Positions 10,202 to 21,203 of a stretch of 64,000 bases of DNA are shown in pieces. Source of the stretch: Longimicrobiales bacterium (GTDB lineage: Bacteria > Gemmatimonadota > Gemmatimonadetes > Longimicrobiales > Gaopeijiaceae); contig CBDANQ010000061.1 in assembly GCA_965197725.1 (NCBI GenBank), positions 96,001 through 160,000 on the forward strand, in the 5' to 3' direction. The notes below the pieces were generated by a model that was given only the letters and a program-made list of their open reading frames with translations, made no database searches and had not been told where the DNA came from. Position numbers and translations under genes: made by a program. Position 1 is the first letter of the stretch, and each line of letters starts with the position of its first letter.

Positions 10202-12590
10202 TCAATTGGGCACCAGACGCTTCAGTTCCTCGAAGAAGTTCTGGACGAGGATGTACTCGACCTCAGCCTGGGTATCACCTACAGCAGGACGTGCCATCAG
10301 GAACCGCTCGCCGTCTGAACTGACGTCGTAGGAGTTGGTGCCCGATACCATCCGATATCCCGCCGGTACGGTGAACAGCATCTCCTTCGCCACCACCAGA
10401 CCAGAGGCCGGATCGAACTGGGCGGCCATGAACCCACGGTCCGGGCTCATGAAGAATAGCTCACGTCCACTCTTCGCCCAGACCGGCACGATGCCTCCAT
10501 CAGTCGAAACGCGCACTCTGGTCGAGTCCACGTTGGGAAACGGACGAACGAATACCTCGGCGCGGCCCGTTTCGGTGGTGCTGTAAGCAAGCCAGAGACC
10601 ATTCGGCGAGATTGCAGTTCCACCCTCACGGAACGCCGGTGACGCCACGAGGGGTACGGCGACGCTGTCCACGCCCGGACGGAAACCCAGGATATCGCGC
10701 TCAGCCCTCTCCGCGCTTCTGTCTGCTGAACGGAGCACCAGCGACTCGCCATCCGGACTCCAAGACCCCTGGGCGAAGCTGCGGTCGTCATCGAGTACGA
10801 GTACTGGCTCTCCCGTCCCATCTGCGCGCATGGACCACACGCTCAAGTGTTCGTCGCGGCGGGGACCCGAAAAATACGTCACGCTTTGCCCATCGAGCGT
10901 CCAGAATGGACTGTACTCGGGGTCGGGGTCGTCCGAGAACGTGATCCTCTCCTCCGGTCCGTCGGGGAGGTGCTTGATCCGCACGTCGGTGTTGCCATCG
11001 ACAGTGCTGGCGAACGCGACCCGCGTCTCGTCCGGCGAGAGCCTCCAACCGGCGCTTTCGCCCGGCGTGAAGGTGTACCCCGGATCAACAGGCGTAGCCT
11101 GGCCAGAGCGTGTGACCCACACGAACTCCGACTGACCCCCACCACCGGCACCGGCCAGATACACGAGCGCCCCTGTCGGCGACAAACTGTATATCGGGTA
11201 TCGGCCGCGGGTCACGAAGACGCCCTCGACGAGCGGAACTGCCGCACCCGTGAGCTCCATGTGCTCGGCATCGAACGGAGCCGCGAGGATCTGGCCGTCC
11301 AGGGAGCCGAAGATCAGGTGTCCCGTGGGCGTCACGTAAGACCTCATCCCCGGCGTCAGCACCGAGTGGAGCGACCTTCAACTGTCCGTCCGCAACAAAC
11401 GCCACTTCGTCGCCCGTGGGCGAGATGACAGGCTGACCGATATTCGCTCCCTCGGTACCCGGAACAGGTGTGGGGGTCAGGTTCTCCCAACGACGCAGCC
11501 ACACCTGCTGTTGGCCGCCCGCGTTTGCGCTACGGAACACGACCGCCGAGCCGTCGGGAGCGACGCCCGGTGTCCCACCGCCTTCGAGTTCCAGCGAGAA
11601 CCGCTGTACCGGGGGGGGAGGCTCGGGGCGAAGGAGCGCCCAACCGCGCGCCAGCGTGGAGAACGCGGCGAATCCCGCCAAGCCGATACTCAGCCGGTTC
11701 CACGGTCCCCCGCCGCCTGCGACACCAGCCACCGCCTCTTCCCCATGCCTGAACCCCGGATCAGCCAGCGCCTTAGCGAAGTCCTGAGCCCCTGTGAACC
11801 GATCCGCAGGCAACTTCTCCAGCGCCTTCCTGATCGCAGCATCGACGTTGCGGGGAACCGACGCCCGCTCCCCAGTGGCAGACGCGAGCTCGCCCGCGAT
11901 GATCTTGCCCAGAATCGCCTGTGCCGTGCTTCCGGTGTACGGCGGCTCGCCGACCAGCATCTCGTACAGCACGCAACCGAGAGCGTAAGTGTCCGTGGCT
12001 GGACCCACTGTCTGGTCGCCCGTCGCCTGCTCGGGGCTCATGTAGTGGGGCGTGCCGAGGCTGAGTCCGGTTTCGGTAAGGCGACCTCCACCAGCAACGC
12101 CGACCGCCAACGCGATGCCAAAGTCGGAGATCACAGGCTTTCCCTCTTGCAGAAGGAAGAAGGTTCGCAGGCTTGATGTCGCGATGGACGACGCCCTGGC
12201 GGTGGGCATAGTCGAGGGCCTCAGCGACGTTCGCGGCGATACGCAACGCCTCGTCCACGGGAAGCTGATGTTCGCGGTCGAGCCTCTGCCGAAGGCTCTC
12301 TCCCTCTACATGCGGCATGACGTAGAACAGGAAGCCGTCGGCCTCACCCGAGTCGTGCAGCGGCAGAATGTGGGGGTGACTCAGGTTCGCCGTGGTCTTG
12401 ATCTCGGCCAGGAAACGGTCGGCTCCGACGACGGCTGCGAGTTCGGGCTTCAGGACCTTGAGCGCGACTTTGCGCTCGTGCTTGATGTCGTCGGCCAGGT
12501 AGACTGTCGCCATCCCGCCCTCACCGAGTTAGGACTCGATGCGGTAGCGGCCGGAGAGGGCTGCGTTTAGGCTGGTGATGGCTTCGCTCA
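10202..12590 (-). pseudogene. Ser/Thr protein kinase with TM segment and TolB/PD40 beta-propeller, disrupted
   Basis: GEGGMATVY, VALKVL, HRDIKPAN, DFG, GTPHYMSPEQ; in-frame TAA at 12529-12531; frameshift near 12155; frame break with apparent internal deletion near 11365. Confidence 0.88.
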
Positions 12591-12760
12591 TGCGCTCAAG
12601 ATGATGTGCAGGTCAGCAGAGCGCGAGCCGATCCCGCTACAGCAACACCAACGGGCCGCTTCTTCACCCGGACTTGGTGTTCAGAGTTGCACAAGGATGA
12701 ACCGTCCTTGGTAACTGCCGCGGGGGATGATGAATCCCCTGCCCCGCCTAGAACCCGCAT

Positions 12761-12825
12761 GAAGCTGACCCAGCCGTAGTTGAAGGTCCCTGAAGAGGGT
12801 AAAGAAGAGTGGTGGCTCCGAGGGT
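12761..12825 (+). mobile_element. Isolated, diverged IS256-family left end
   Basis: GAAGCTGACCCAGCCGTAGTTGAAGGTCCCTGA...AAGAGTGGTGGCTCCG resembles the reverse complement of the IS256 ends at 59190-59251 and 63041-63102. Confidence 0.75.
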
Positions 12826-12884
12826 GCCATCAGCAGTTGAAGAAACGAGACATTCCGAGCGATTCAGAAACGCCCAGCTCTAAG

Positions 12885-12920
12885 CCAAAGACCGGTGTTC
12901 TGCCATTAGGCGACGGGCCA
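12885..12920 (-). pseudogene. tRNA-Gln(TTG) 5' half, truncated in the anticodon loop
   Basis: Minus strand TGGCCCGTCGCCTAATGGCAGAACACCGGTCTTTGG; sits right after ispE, the usual tRNA-Gln position; D-stem mispaired; no T-arm follows. Confidence 0.8.
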
Positions 12921-12972
12921 GCGTGGCACATCCTACCCACGGCGGGGGGGGGGCGGCTCAAGGTCCCCCGGA

Positions 12973-13857
12973 TCACAGAGGTGAGACCGGAGGCAGTTCG
13001 TCCAGCGTACGGGTCGCCAGCACCCTCCACCCGAGCTCGTCGGAGAGGCGTTGCGCCGTCGACAACGCCTCCGAGGCGCCCCTCGCGAGCCCGAAGCACG
13101 CACCGCCGCTGCCCGAGAGCATGACCAACCGCAGACCAGCGTCTCGCAGAAAATCCAGGGCTCGCCGCACCTCCGGATGTCCGTCCGCGACCAGCGACTC
13201 GAAGTCGTTGGCGGCGATCTCATCGACCGTGTCCCAGTCCGACGGCATGCGCTCCAGCCGCGGGCGTGCCTGCAGGCCCGTCGATGCGCGACGCTCTGCC
13301 AGGGCGGCATAAGCGGACCCTGTCGCGACGTGTACAGGTGGGCAGACGAGCACGACTTCCCTCACCGGAAGTGATGGAGAGGAGGTGAGGTCGTCGCCCC
13401 GACCCCGAGCCAGGGCCAGGGCGCTGCCGCACAGAAAAAACGGGACGTCAGAACCCAGGTCCGCACCGATCGCGAGCAGCGCCTCAGCGGTGACCGCTCC
13501 ATCTGTGAGGTGGTTCAGCGCTCGCAGAACCGCGGCAGCGTCGGAAGATCCCCCACCCAGACCCGCGCCGGTCGGAATGTTCTTGGTGAGAAGGATGCGG
13601 ACCCCGGAGTGCAAGTCAGCCGCGAGGCGATAGGCCTCGGCTGCCCGGAACGCGAGGTTGTGCGTCACCGGCCCCGCGTCGGTGCCCGCGACGTCCAGCC
13701 GCACCGAGTCACCAGCCAGTTCGACAGTCAGCTCATCCGTGAAGTGAATCGCCTGAAAGAGCGTCTCGAGTTCGTGAAAGCCATCCGCTCTGAGCCCGAG
13801 TACACGGAGCAGGAGGTTGATCTTGGCCGGAGCACGCACTCTGACCGCCTGTCTCAC
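12973..13857 (-). CDS. ispE: 4-diphosphocytidyl-2-C-methyl-D-erythritol kinase
   Basis: APAKINLLL, GFHELET, KNIPTGAGLGGGSSDAA, LGSDVPFF, MLSGSG; GTG start overlaps upstream stop. Confidence 0.95.
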   Translation of the reverse strand: MRQAVRVRAPAKINLLLRVLGLRADGFHELETLFQAIHFTDELTVELAGDSVRLDVAGTDAGPVTHNLAFRAAEAYRLAADLHSGVRILLTKNIPTGAGLGGGSSDAAAVLRALNHLTDGAVTAEALLAIGADLGSDVPFFLCGSALALARGRGDDLTSSPSLPVREVVLVCPPVHVATGSAYAALAERRASTGLQARPRLERMPSDWDTVDEIAANDFESLVADGHPEVRRALDFLRDAGLRLVMLSGSGGACFGLARGASEALSTAQRLSDELGWRVLATRTLDELPPVSPL

Positions 13858-14861
13858 GAGGCTTTGGCGGTGCGCACCTCGCCGAGCGACAGCCCCATCT
13901 TCCAGGCGTAGTAGAAGCCGATCAGCGTGATCGGGAGCCAGCCACCGAAATGGTACCCGAACGCGAAGGCCAAGGACTGGTCGACACTCACGCCGTAGAT
14001 CGCGATCAGAGCGAAGCTGGCCGCATAGTGGAACGTGCCGAAGAACCCCGGCGCCGACGGCAGTGCGACCCCCCAACCGACCGCTGCGGTGACGAAGATG
14101 GCGGATACGAATCCGGTATCGATGCCGAACGCCAGCATGCCCAGCCAGAACGACGACGCGTGCCAGATCCAGAAGAAGAGCGTCCATGCGAGCGCCAGCG
14201 CCAGCAGCTTCGGGTCACGCATGATCGCAAGGGAGTCGAGGAACGAAGCGAGCGACTCCACGAGCTGCACAGAGAGCTTCTTTGGCAAGAAGGCTGCGAA
14301 CCACTCGACGAACTGGACAAACTGTCGTGGCAGCACGGCCATGCACACGAGCGCGAAGAGTACCAAAGAGACCGTCACCAGCCCGCCGCGCAGAAGCAGC
14401 GCGCCCCGTTCCCCCGAAAACGCCTCCGCAGCCGGGGAGCCGGGCAGGACGACGGGCAAGACCAGGAAGAGCAGCAGCACCATGCCGTCGAGGAATCGCT
14501 CGACGACCAACGAGCCGAACGCGGCACTGAAGGTAACCGGCTCAAGACGGCTCAGCGCGTACGGCCGCATGAACTCTCCGGCCCTCAGAGGCAGAACGTT
14601 GTTGCCCATGAATCCGATGGAAACCGCCGCGAACCTCGAGCCAAGCCGCGTATCAGGGTTGACGCGAGCCAGCAGAACCCTCCACCGGAGTGCGCGGATG
14701 AAGAACCCAAAAGTCGCCACGCTGACCGCTGCGAGCAGTAGGACGAAGTCGCCCTGCAGGATGTTCGTCCAGACCTCGGAGGGGTCCTCGTTGCGCAGGA
14801 CCCACCACAGCAGAAAGACGGTGACCGCTACCCCGAAGAGAGCCTTTTCCCAGTGCTTCAC
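13854..14861 (-). CDS. Lysylphosphatidylglycerol synthase TM-domain (flippase-like) membrane protein
   Basis: Multi-[36 protein letters not shown]. Confidence 0.85.
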   Translation of the reverse strand: MKHWEKALFGVAVTVFLLWWVLRNEDPSEVWTNILQGDFVLLLAAVSVATFGFFIRALRWRVLLARVNPDTRLGSRFAAVSIGFMGNNVLPLRAGEFMRPYALSRLEPVTFSAAFGSLVVERFLDGMVLLLFLVLPVVLPGSPAAEAFSGERGALLLRGGLVTVSLVLFALVCMAVLPRQFVQFVEWFAAFLPKKLSVQLVESLASFLDSLAIMRDPKLLALALAWTLFFWIWHASSFWLGMLAFGIDTGFVSAIFVTAAVGWGVALPSAPGFFGTFHYAASFALIAIYGVSVDQSLAFAFGYHFGGWLPITLIGFYYAWKMGLSLGEVRTAKAS

Positions 14862-15592
14862 GCTCGAAGCCGTCGAGCCCGACGTAGGATCCTGGACATG
14901 TCCTTTACGGCGCGCTCCATGCCGGTGAGCACCGCCCGCGCGATCACGCTGTGACCGATGTTCAGCTCTTCGATCTCCGGTATGGCCGCGACGGGGTGCA
15001 CGTTCTCGTACGTGAGCCCGTGACCGGCATGTACCGCCAGTTCGAGCTTGCTCGCGAGCGACGCCCCGCGATCCAACCGCTCGAGCTCGTGCATGCGCTG
15101 GGCGCCCCGTGCGTTCGCGTATTCGCCGGTGTGCAGCTCGATCGCGTCCGCCCCCAGTTCCAGAGCGGCCTGGATCGCCTCAGGTGTGGGATCGATGAAG
15201 AGTGAGGTTCGGATGCCCGCTCCTTCGAGGCGCGCGAGCGCATCACCAACGACCTCGAGCTGTCTCCCACTGCTCAGGTCGAGTCCCCCCTCGGTCGTGA
15301 GCTCCTCCCGCTTCTCGGGCACGAGCGTCGCCTGCAACGGGCGCCATTCACACGCGAGGTCGAGGATCTCCGAGGTGGCCGCGAGCTCCAAGTTTACGCC
15401 GGTGCGCACCGTATCCATGAGCAGCCGCACGTCGCGGTCCTGGATGTGCCTTCGGTCCTCACGGAGGTGCACCGTGATTCCATCCACACCCGCCAACTCC
15501 GCAAGCACGGCGGCCCGGACGGGATCGGGCTCGTCGGTACCGCGCGCCTGCCGCACCGTAGCCACGTGATCGATATTGAGGTAGAAACGCAT
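14858..15592 (-). CDS. pdxJ: Pyridoxine 5'-phosphate synthase
   Basis: [36 protein letters not shown]. Confidence 0.97.
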   Translation of the reverse strand: MRFYLNIDHVATVRQARGTDEPDPVRAAVLAELAGVDGITVHLREDRRHIQDRDVRLLMDTVRTGVNLELAATSEILDLACEWRPLQATLVPEKREELTTEGGLDLSSGRQLEVVGDALARLEGAGIRTSLFIDPTPEAIQAALELGADAIELHTGEYANARGAQRMHELERLDRGASLASKLELAVHAGHGLTYENVHPVAAIPEIEELNIGHSVIARAVLTGMERAVKDMSRILRRARRLRA

Positions 15593-15641
15593 TTCTGTCA
15601 GTCGGTTGGGGACTACGCTCTTCGACGAGCTCGCGAAGACG

Positions 15642-16949
15642 TCACGATGCTGGCGCAGGTTCCACGTGCACGCCCTCGCGGCTCCGGAGCCGGCCCAGGA
15701 GTGGCGCCGGGATCCGTGCTATAATGAGCACATCCCTGTTCTCATCCGCGCGGTCGATGATCTCGGACTCGCGGTAGATAGCCGCGATCGCCTGTCCGTC
15801 CTCGACGGGCACGCGGACCACGACCTCCTCCAGTCGAGCGCGGATGCGCGCGATGAGTGTCTCCTTCAAGGCGCCCAGCGTGGCGTCGACGTGGGCGGAG
15901 ACGAAGACCGCCGGCGTCGGCTCCAGCGCGCGGATCCGAGCACGCAACGCCTCCTCCTCCGCATGCGTGATCCTGTCGACCTTGTTGAAGACCAGAATCT
16001 TGTCGTGAGTCGTGAGATCGAGGTCCGCGAGGACGTCGTTCACCACTTGCCGTTGTTCCTCCCAGGCAGCGTGTGAAGCATCGATCACGTGCAGCAGTAC
16101 ATCCCCCTCGCGTGCCTCCTCAAGCGTCGAACGAAACGACGCGACTAGATGGTGGGGAAGCTTTCGGATGAACCCGACGGTGTCCGTGAGCAGAGCCTCA
16201 TGGCCCGCTCCCAACTCGACCTTGCGTGTCGCCGAGTCGAGCGTCGCAAAGAGACGATCCTCGATGAACAGTTCGGCCCCCGAGAGCGCGCGCAACAAGG
16301 ACGACTTGCCCGCGTTGGTGTAGCCGACCAGAGCGGCCCGGAAGCTGCCCTCGCGAGACTTGCGCTGCATCTCCCGCGCCTTGGCCACTTGGCGCAGTTT
16401 GCCCTTCAGGTCGACGATCCGCTTGCCGATCAGTCGGCGGTCCGTCTCGAGCTGGGTCTCGCCCGGCCCCCGCAGGCCGATGCCACCACGGATGCGAGAG
16501 AGGTGGCGCCACATGCGGCGGAGTCGCGGAAGAAGGTACTCGAGTTGCGCGAGCTCGACCTGCATGCGCGCCTCCTTCGATCGTGCGCGCGTCGCGAAGA
16601 TGTCTAGGATCAGCTCTGAGCGATCCATCACGCGCACGTCCAGAAGTGCCTCGAGGTTCTTTCCCTGGGCAGGGCTGAGCTCGTCGTCGAAGATCACGAG
16701 ATCGCCCTCTCTCTCGGTCACGAGCGATTTGAGCTCGTCCGCTTTGCCCTTCCCCACGTAGAAGCGCGGATTTGGCTTGGAAATCCGCTGGGTGAGGGCG
16801 CCGACCACCTCGCCGCCCGCCGTATCCGTCAAACGCGCCAACTCTCCGAGGTGTTCCTCTACGAGACACGTTTCGAGCTCGCCCTGCGGCGCGCCAACGA
16901 GCACCGCGCGCTCGACCGGCGTGCGCATGTCGATGAGCTGAGTCGGAAT
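15642..16949 (-). CDS. hflX: GTPase HflX (start is either ATT at 16949 or ATG at 16928)
   Basis: [35 protein letters not shown]. Confidence 0.96.
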   Translation of the reverse strand: MPTQLIDMRTPVERAVLVGAPQGELETCLVEEHLGELARLTDTAGGEVVGALTQRISKPNPRFYVGKGKADELKSLVTEREGDLVIFDDELSPAQGKNLEALLDVRVMDRSELILDIFATRARSKEARMQVELAQLEYLLPRLRRMWRHLSRIRGGIGLRGPGETQLETDRRLIGKRIVDLKGKLRQVAKAREMQRKSREGSFRAALVGYTNAGKSSLLRALSGAELFIEDRLFATLDSATRKVELGAGHEALLTDTVGFIRKLPHHLVASFRSTLEEAREGDVLLHVIDASHAAWEEQRQVVNDVLADLDLTTHDKILVFNKVDRITHAEEEALRARIRALEPTPAVFVSAHVDATLGALKETLIARIRARLEEVVVRVPVEDGQAIAAIYRESEIIDRADENRDVLIIARIPAPLLGRLRSREGVHVEPAPAS

Positions 16950-17082
16950 CCTGCCACCTCCGCGCGCCTGCGGCCGTTCATCCGCGAATTCTTGACATCC
17001 CTAGCACGGCCTCGGTACCTGAATGAGAAGGATACTCAACCGGTGCGGCGGTAAGAAGCGCCCCAGATCGTCAGCCGGCTCC

Positions 17083-18450
17083 TTAGTCCTCCGCGCCGGA
17101 CTCGACGCGCCGCTCCGCCCACCATTTGAGTCGCTCCGCGACAGTCTTTTCGAAGCCGAATCGGCTCGGCGTGTAGAACGCCTCCCCGGCGAGGCGGTCG
17201 GGCAAGTATGCCTGTGGGGCGACTCCGTCCTGTTCCGCGTGGTCGTACCTGTAGCCCTCGCCGTAAGCCAGCTCCCTCATCAGATCCGTCGGGGCGTTGC
17301 GGATGTGCAGCGGGACTCCCTCGCCCGGAGTTTCGCGCGCGCGCTCGAGGGCAGCCGACCACGCCTCGTACGCCCGGTTCGACTTAGGCGCGGTCGCGAG
17401 GTAGATCGTGGCTTCGGCCAGTGCCAATTCGCCCTCCGGAGACCCCAGGAAGTGGTATGCGTCCCGCGCCGCGACCGTTACCTGGAGCGCTGCCGGATCC
17501 GCCATTCCGACATCCTCCGAAGCCATGCGCACCAATCTCCGCGCGATGTAGAGCGGGTCTTCTCCACCGTCGATCATGCGGGCCAGCCAATAGAGGGCCC
17601 CATCGGGGTCACTTCCCCGGACCGCCTTGTGAAGCGCCGACACGAGGTTGAAGTGCTCCTCGCCGCCTTTGTCGTAGGTGGCGAAGCGGTGCTGGAGCGC
17701 TTCTCGGGCTGCCGCCACGGCGACGGTGCCGTCGGGGCCCACGACATGCGCCGCCGCCTCAGCGGCGCCCAACGCCCGACGTGCGTCCCCATCGGAGGCC
17801 TCCGCGATGAAGACCAGCGCGTCGTCCTCGAAACGCACGCCCCCCTCACCGAGCCCCCTCGCCTCAGACGTGACCGCATCGTGGAGTATCGCCCGCAGCT
17901 CTTCCGACGAGAGCGGGTTCAGAACGTACACCGGCGCCCGCGAGAGCAAGGGTCGGACGATCTCGAAGGAAGGGTTCTCCGTGGTCGCGCCGATCAGGAT
18001 TACGGTGCCGGCTTCCACATGTGGCAAGAAGGCGTCCTGCTGTGCTTTGTTGAAGCGGTGGATCTCGTCACAAAAGAGGATCGTTCGACGCCCAGTTGCC
18101 TGAAGTCGAGTGCCCGCCTGCTCTATGATCTCGCGCACTCGGGCGATCCCCTCGCTCACAGCGCTCAACGGTACGAAGGTGACATTGGCCTCGGCGGCAA
18201 TCAGGCGGGCGAGCGTCGTCTTTCCGCTACCGGGCGGTCCCCAGAGGATCATGCTCTTCGGCGAGCCCTGGTCCAGCATCGCGCGGATTGCCCGACCCTC
18301 ACCCAGCAGATGCTCCTGACCCCTGAACTCCGACAGGGTTCTGGGCCGCATGCGGGCGGCGAGTGGGGCGTTCATGTGCGGTCCCGATTCGTGCTCTGCG
18401 TCGACCGCACGTCCGCTCTCGTCCGCGGGAAAGAGGTCCAGATCAGCCAT
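17083..18450 (-). CDS. rarA: Replication-associated recombination protein A (MgsA/RarA)
   Basis: PLAARMRP, WGPPGSGKTT, DEIHRFNKAQQD, ATTENPSF, ASEDVG, VPLHIRNAPT. Confidence 0.95.
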   Translation of the reverse strand: MADLDLFPADESGRAVDAEHESGPHMNAPLAARMRPRTLSEFRGQEHLLGEGRAIRAMLDQGSPKSMILWGPPGSGKTTLARLIAAEANVTFVPLSAVSEGIARVREIIEQAGTRLQATGRRTILFCDEIHRFNKAQQDAFLPHVEAGTVILIGATTENPSFEIVRPLLSRAPVYVLNPLSSEELRAILHDAVTSEARGLGEGGVRFEDDALVFIAEASDGDARRALGAAEAAAHVVGPDGTVAVAAAREALQHRFATYDKGGEEHFNLVSALHKAVRGSDPDGALYWLARMIDGGEDPLYIARRLVRMASEDVGMADPAALQVTVAARDAYHFLGSPEGELALAEATIYLATAPKSNRAYEAWSAALERARETPGEGVPLHIRNAPTDLMRELAYGEGYRYDHAEQDGVAPQAYLPDRLAGEAFYTPSRFGFEKTVAERLKWWAERRVESGAED

Positions 18451-19738
18451 CGCCGCTCTCTGCGAGGTCCCCGACGCGGCTCTCGAGCACCTCGGTTCGA
18501 TTGCGAGTGGGATCCGCGAGCACGAAATCAAGCAGATCATCTAGGATCCGGCCGAAGTTGGGTCCCGGCTGCAGTCCCATGCGGATCAAGTCGCGCCCAT
18601 CGAATGCCAGCTCCGCCACAGACAGCGCGGGTCCGGTGGCGAGCACTGCGCGAGCACGCCGCCAGGCTGCGACGACCGCGTCACACGTGTCGTCATGCCC
18701 CGCCTGATGTCTCGCCCGCGCCCGCGCCAGACCCAATCTCGCGACCGCCGCGAGCCGAGTCGACCCCGTGGCGCTCAGCCAGCGCCGAAACGCCTCGTCG
18801 TCGGCCTCGGCGGAAGGCATTTCAGTGCATTCGGCTCGCCGCGCGACCTCGTCAACCTGAGCATTGGAGAGCCGGAGCCGTGTCAAGACCCGCGCTACCG
18901 CTGATGGATCGAGTCCCCACAGGAGCTGGGCGAGCCGCAGGTAGGGCCGGCCCGGTGGGAGCTGGTCGACGCTGGCCAACTTCTCGGACCACGGATCGCC
19001 GGCGGCGAGGGACGCCCGCAACTCGGAGAGCTCCGGGTACAAGACCGACAGAGCGCCAGACTCGGCGTACAGCATGAGCGCACCGGAGGGCTTACGATCT
19101 GCCGAAAGGACCTTCACCAACTCCTCTCGGATTCGTTCTGCGGCGAGCGATGGCAAGTGACGCACGGACTCACACAGGGCGGACCACGTCTCCTCCTCGA
19201 TCTTCAAAGCGAAGCGTCCGGCGAAGCGGAAGGCCCGGAGAACCCGCAGGTAATCCTCCGCCAACCGGTCAGCCGCGACACCGACGGTCCGCAGGACGCC
19301 GGCCTCGAGGTCTTCGATGCCCCGAAAGGGGTCTCGCAACTCTTCGCGGAGCGGATGCCACGCGATGGCGTTGATCGTGAAGTCTCGGCGGGCAAGGTCG
19401 TCCTCGACCCGGTCCGCGAAGGCGACGACGGCGTGTCGACCGTCCGTCTCGACATCCTTCCGGAAGGTGGTGACCTCCAACATGGTGCCGTCCCGCGCCA
19501 GCACCCCCACGGTGCCGTGCACGATTCCGATCGGCACGGTCCGCCGGAAGAGCTCTTGAAGCTGGTCGGGACGCGCCCGCGTCGTCAGGTCCCAGTCGCC
19601 GGACGGACGCCCCATGAGCGCGTCGCGCACCGCACCCCCGACAGCCCACGTGTCGTGCCCCGCTTCTTCCAGCGTGCGGGTGATCCAACTGACCGCCGGC
19701 GGCGCTGAGGTCCCTTTGAGGTCGATCAGGTCGTTCAT
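18443..19738 (-). CDS. cca: CCA tRNA nucleotidyltransferase (class II)
   Basis: AVGGAVRD, DWDLTT, RRDFTINA, EDYLRVLRAFRF, ERIREE. Confidence 0.88.
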   Translation of the reverse strand: MNDLIDLKGTSAPPAVSWITRTLEEAGHDTWAVGGAVRDALMGRPSGDWDLTTRARPDQLQELFRRTVPIGIVHGTVGVLARDGTMLEVTTFRKDVETDGRHAVVAFADRVEDDLARRDFTINAIAWHPLREELRDPFRGIEDLEAGVLRTVGVAADRLAEDYLRVLRAFRFAGRFALKIEEETWSALCESVRHLPSLAAERIREELVKVLSADRKPSGALMLYAESGALSVLYPELSELRASLAAGDPWSEKLASVDQLPPGRPYLRLAQLLWGLDPSAVARVLTRLRLSNAQVDEVARRAECTEMPSAEADDEAFRRWLSATGSTRLAAVARLGLARARARHQAGHDDTCDAVVAAWRRARAVLATGPALSVAELAFDGRDLIRMGLQPGPNFGRILDDLLDFVLADPTRNRTEVLESRVGDLAESGDG

Positions 19739-19794
19739 CCGCCTCCAACCTTCGTGTACTCGTAAACGCCTCGCGCGAGCGCGGGCGCGTCGGA

Positions 19795-20379
19795 TCAGTC
19801 GCTTGTCGAAACCGCCGAATCGACGATCTCACACACGATGTGTTCGATTGCGAGGTGCAGTTCCTGGGCCCGTGCGGTGGACTCGGTGGGCACGACGAGC
19901 GGGAGGTCAACGAGCTTCCGCAGTCGTCCCCCCCCCTTGGCGAGCAGGGCCGCCGTGAAGATCCGGAGCCGGCCCGCCGCCTCCGTCGCGGCGAGCAGGT
20001 TGTCGGACTCTCCACTGGTCGAGTGCAGGATCAACAGGTCCCCGGCCCTCCCGAGCGCTTCGACCTGGCGAGAGAAGATCGTGTCGTATCCGTAGTCATT
20101 CCCACCGGCAGTCAGCACCGACGTGTCCGTAGTGAGCGCAAGCGCCGCGAGCGCACGACGCTCTCGGGAGAAGCGCACGACGTACTCCGCGGCAAGGTGT
20201 TGCGCATCCGCCGCGGAGCCGCCGTTCCCGCAGAACATGACCTTGCCTCCGGCGAGGATCGTCTCCAGAACCCGGTCGGCGAGCGCCTGGATCTCGCCGG
20301 CCATCGAGTCCGACACCTCCTGGCTCAAGGCCGACAGCGCGCTCAGATGCCCGTGGATCACCGCATCGGGGATGCTCAA
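19795..20379 (-). CDS. gmhA: Phosphoheptose isomerase (SIS domain)
   Basis: CGNGGSAADAQHLAAE, GNDYGY, STSGES, RAQELH; TTG start overlapping upstream stop assumed. Confidence 0.9.
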   Translation of the reverse strand: MSIPDAVIHGHLSALSALSQEVSDSMAGEIQALADRVLETILAGGKVMFCGNGGSAADAQHLAAEYVVRFSRERRALAALALTTDTSVLTAGGNDYGYDTIFSRQVEALGRAGDLLILHSTSGESDNLLAATEAAGRLRIFTAALLAKGGGRLRKLVDLPLVVPTESTARAQELHLAIEHIVCEIVDSAVSTSD

Positions 20380-21203
20380 GGTAGCTCCGGGCTCACCATG
20401 CCCCTCACTCGTGCCCACAGCCCGGTCTCAGGGGGTAGGGGTGGGACGGGAAGCGGGATCTCATCCTTGAACACGCGGCTCGGGTTCGTGAGGCAGAGGT
20501 TCGTGAGGGACTCCCCGGCGCGCAGCGCCTCAAGCTGCTCCCAAACCTCTTTGAAGTATATCCTGCCCTGCGGCTGGGCGTGAAAGTCCGACGCCAGATA
20601 GTCGGCCCAGCCACGGCGTAGCAGGCGCGCCGCAATCCCCTTGGCAGCGGCACCATAGCGGCCGCTGAGTGAACCGTGGTTGACCTGTAGATAGGCGCCG
20701 ACCTCCCGCCACCTGGCGATCACTCCCAGCTTCCGATCGATGCCGATGTACCGCTCGGGGTGGGCAATGATCGGGCGGTATCCGGCACTCATGATGCGTT
20801 CGAGCACCTTGCTCGTGCCCGGCGGCACGTGGAGACGCGGCCACTCGATCAACACGAAAGAAGTTCCGGCAAGTCGGATGCGCGGATCTGAGAAATCGAC
20901 CTCGGGGATGTCGAGCATCACCTCGTGGCCGCGCTTGAAGTCGACCTCGGGGAAATCGGCTTCCACGGCTATGGCAGCTCGCTCGAACGCTTCGTCGACC
21001 TCACTCAGCCGAGCTTCGATTGCCTCTTCCTTGCGGGTAACGCTTCCGTTCAAGTGAGGTGTGGTGAGGATTTTCCGAATGCCCAGCCGCGTCATGCGCT
21101 CGACGGACGCGAGCGTGTCCTCGAGGTCACGGGCGCCGTCGTCGACCCCAGGGACGAGGTGACTGTGAATATCGGCGAATGCGCCAGGATCCATGTCCGT
21201 CAC
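20376..21203 (-). CDS. PHP-family tyrosine-protein phosphatase (CpsB/CapC/YwqE-like)
   Basis: DIHSHLVPGVDDG, TPH, IIAHPERY, ASDFH. Confidence 0.88.
   Translation of the reverse strand: MTDMDPGAFADIHSHLVPGVDDGARDLEDTLASVERMTRLGIRKILTTPHLNGSVTRKEEAIEARLSEVDEAFERAAIAVEADFPEVDFKRGHEVMLDIPEVDFSDPRIRLAGTSFVLIEWPRLHVPPGTSKVLERIMSAGYRPIIAHPERYIGIDRKLGVIARWREVGAYLQVNHGSLSGRYGAAAKGIAARLLRRGWADYLASDFHAQPQGRIYFKEVWEQLEALRAGESLTNLCLTNPSRVFKDEIPLPVPPLPPETGLWARVRGMVSPELP

Noticed and set aside
9739..12920. The two tRNA halves as one split or intron-containing tRNA (both contain CTTTGG)
   Set aside because: Acceptor strands (TGGCCCG vs CGCCCCG) and anticodon stems are not complementary; they derive from different tRNAs (Gln and Pro)
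17023..19077. Long antisense ORFs (684 aa here; also 38887-40491, 52016-53194 and others)
   Set aside because: Shadow ORFs opposite well-identified genes, expected in high-GC DNA; no recognisable motifs
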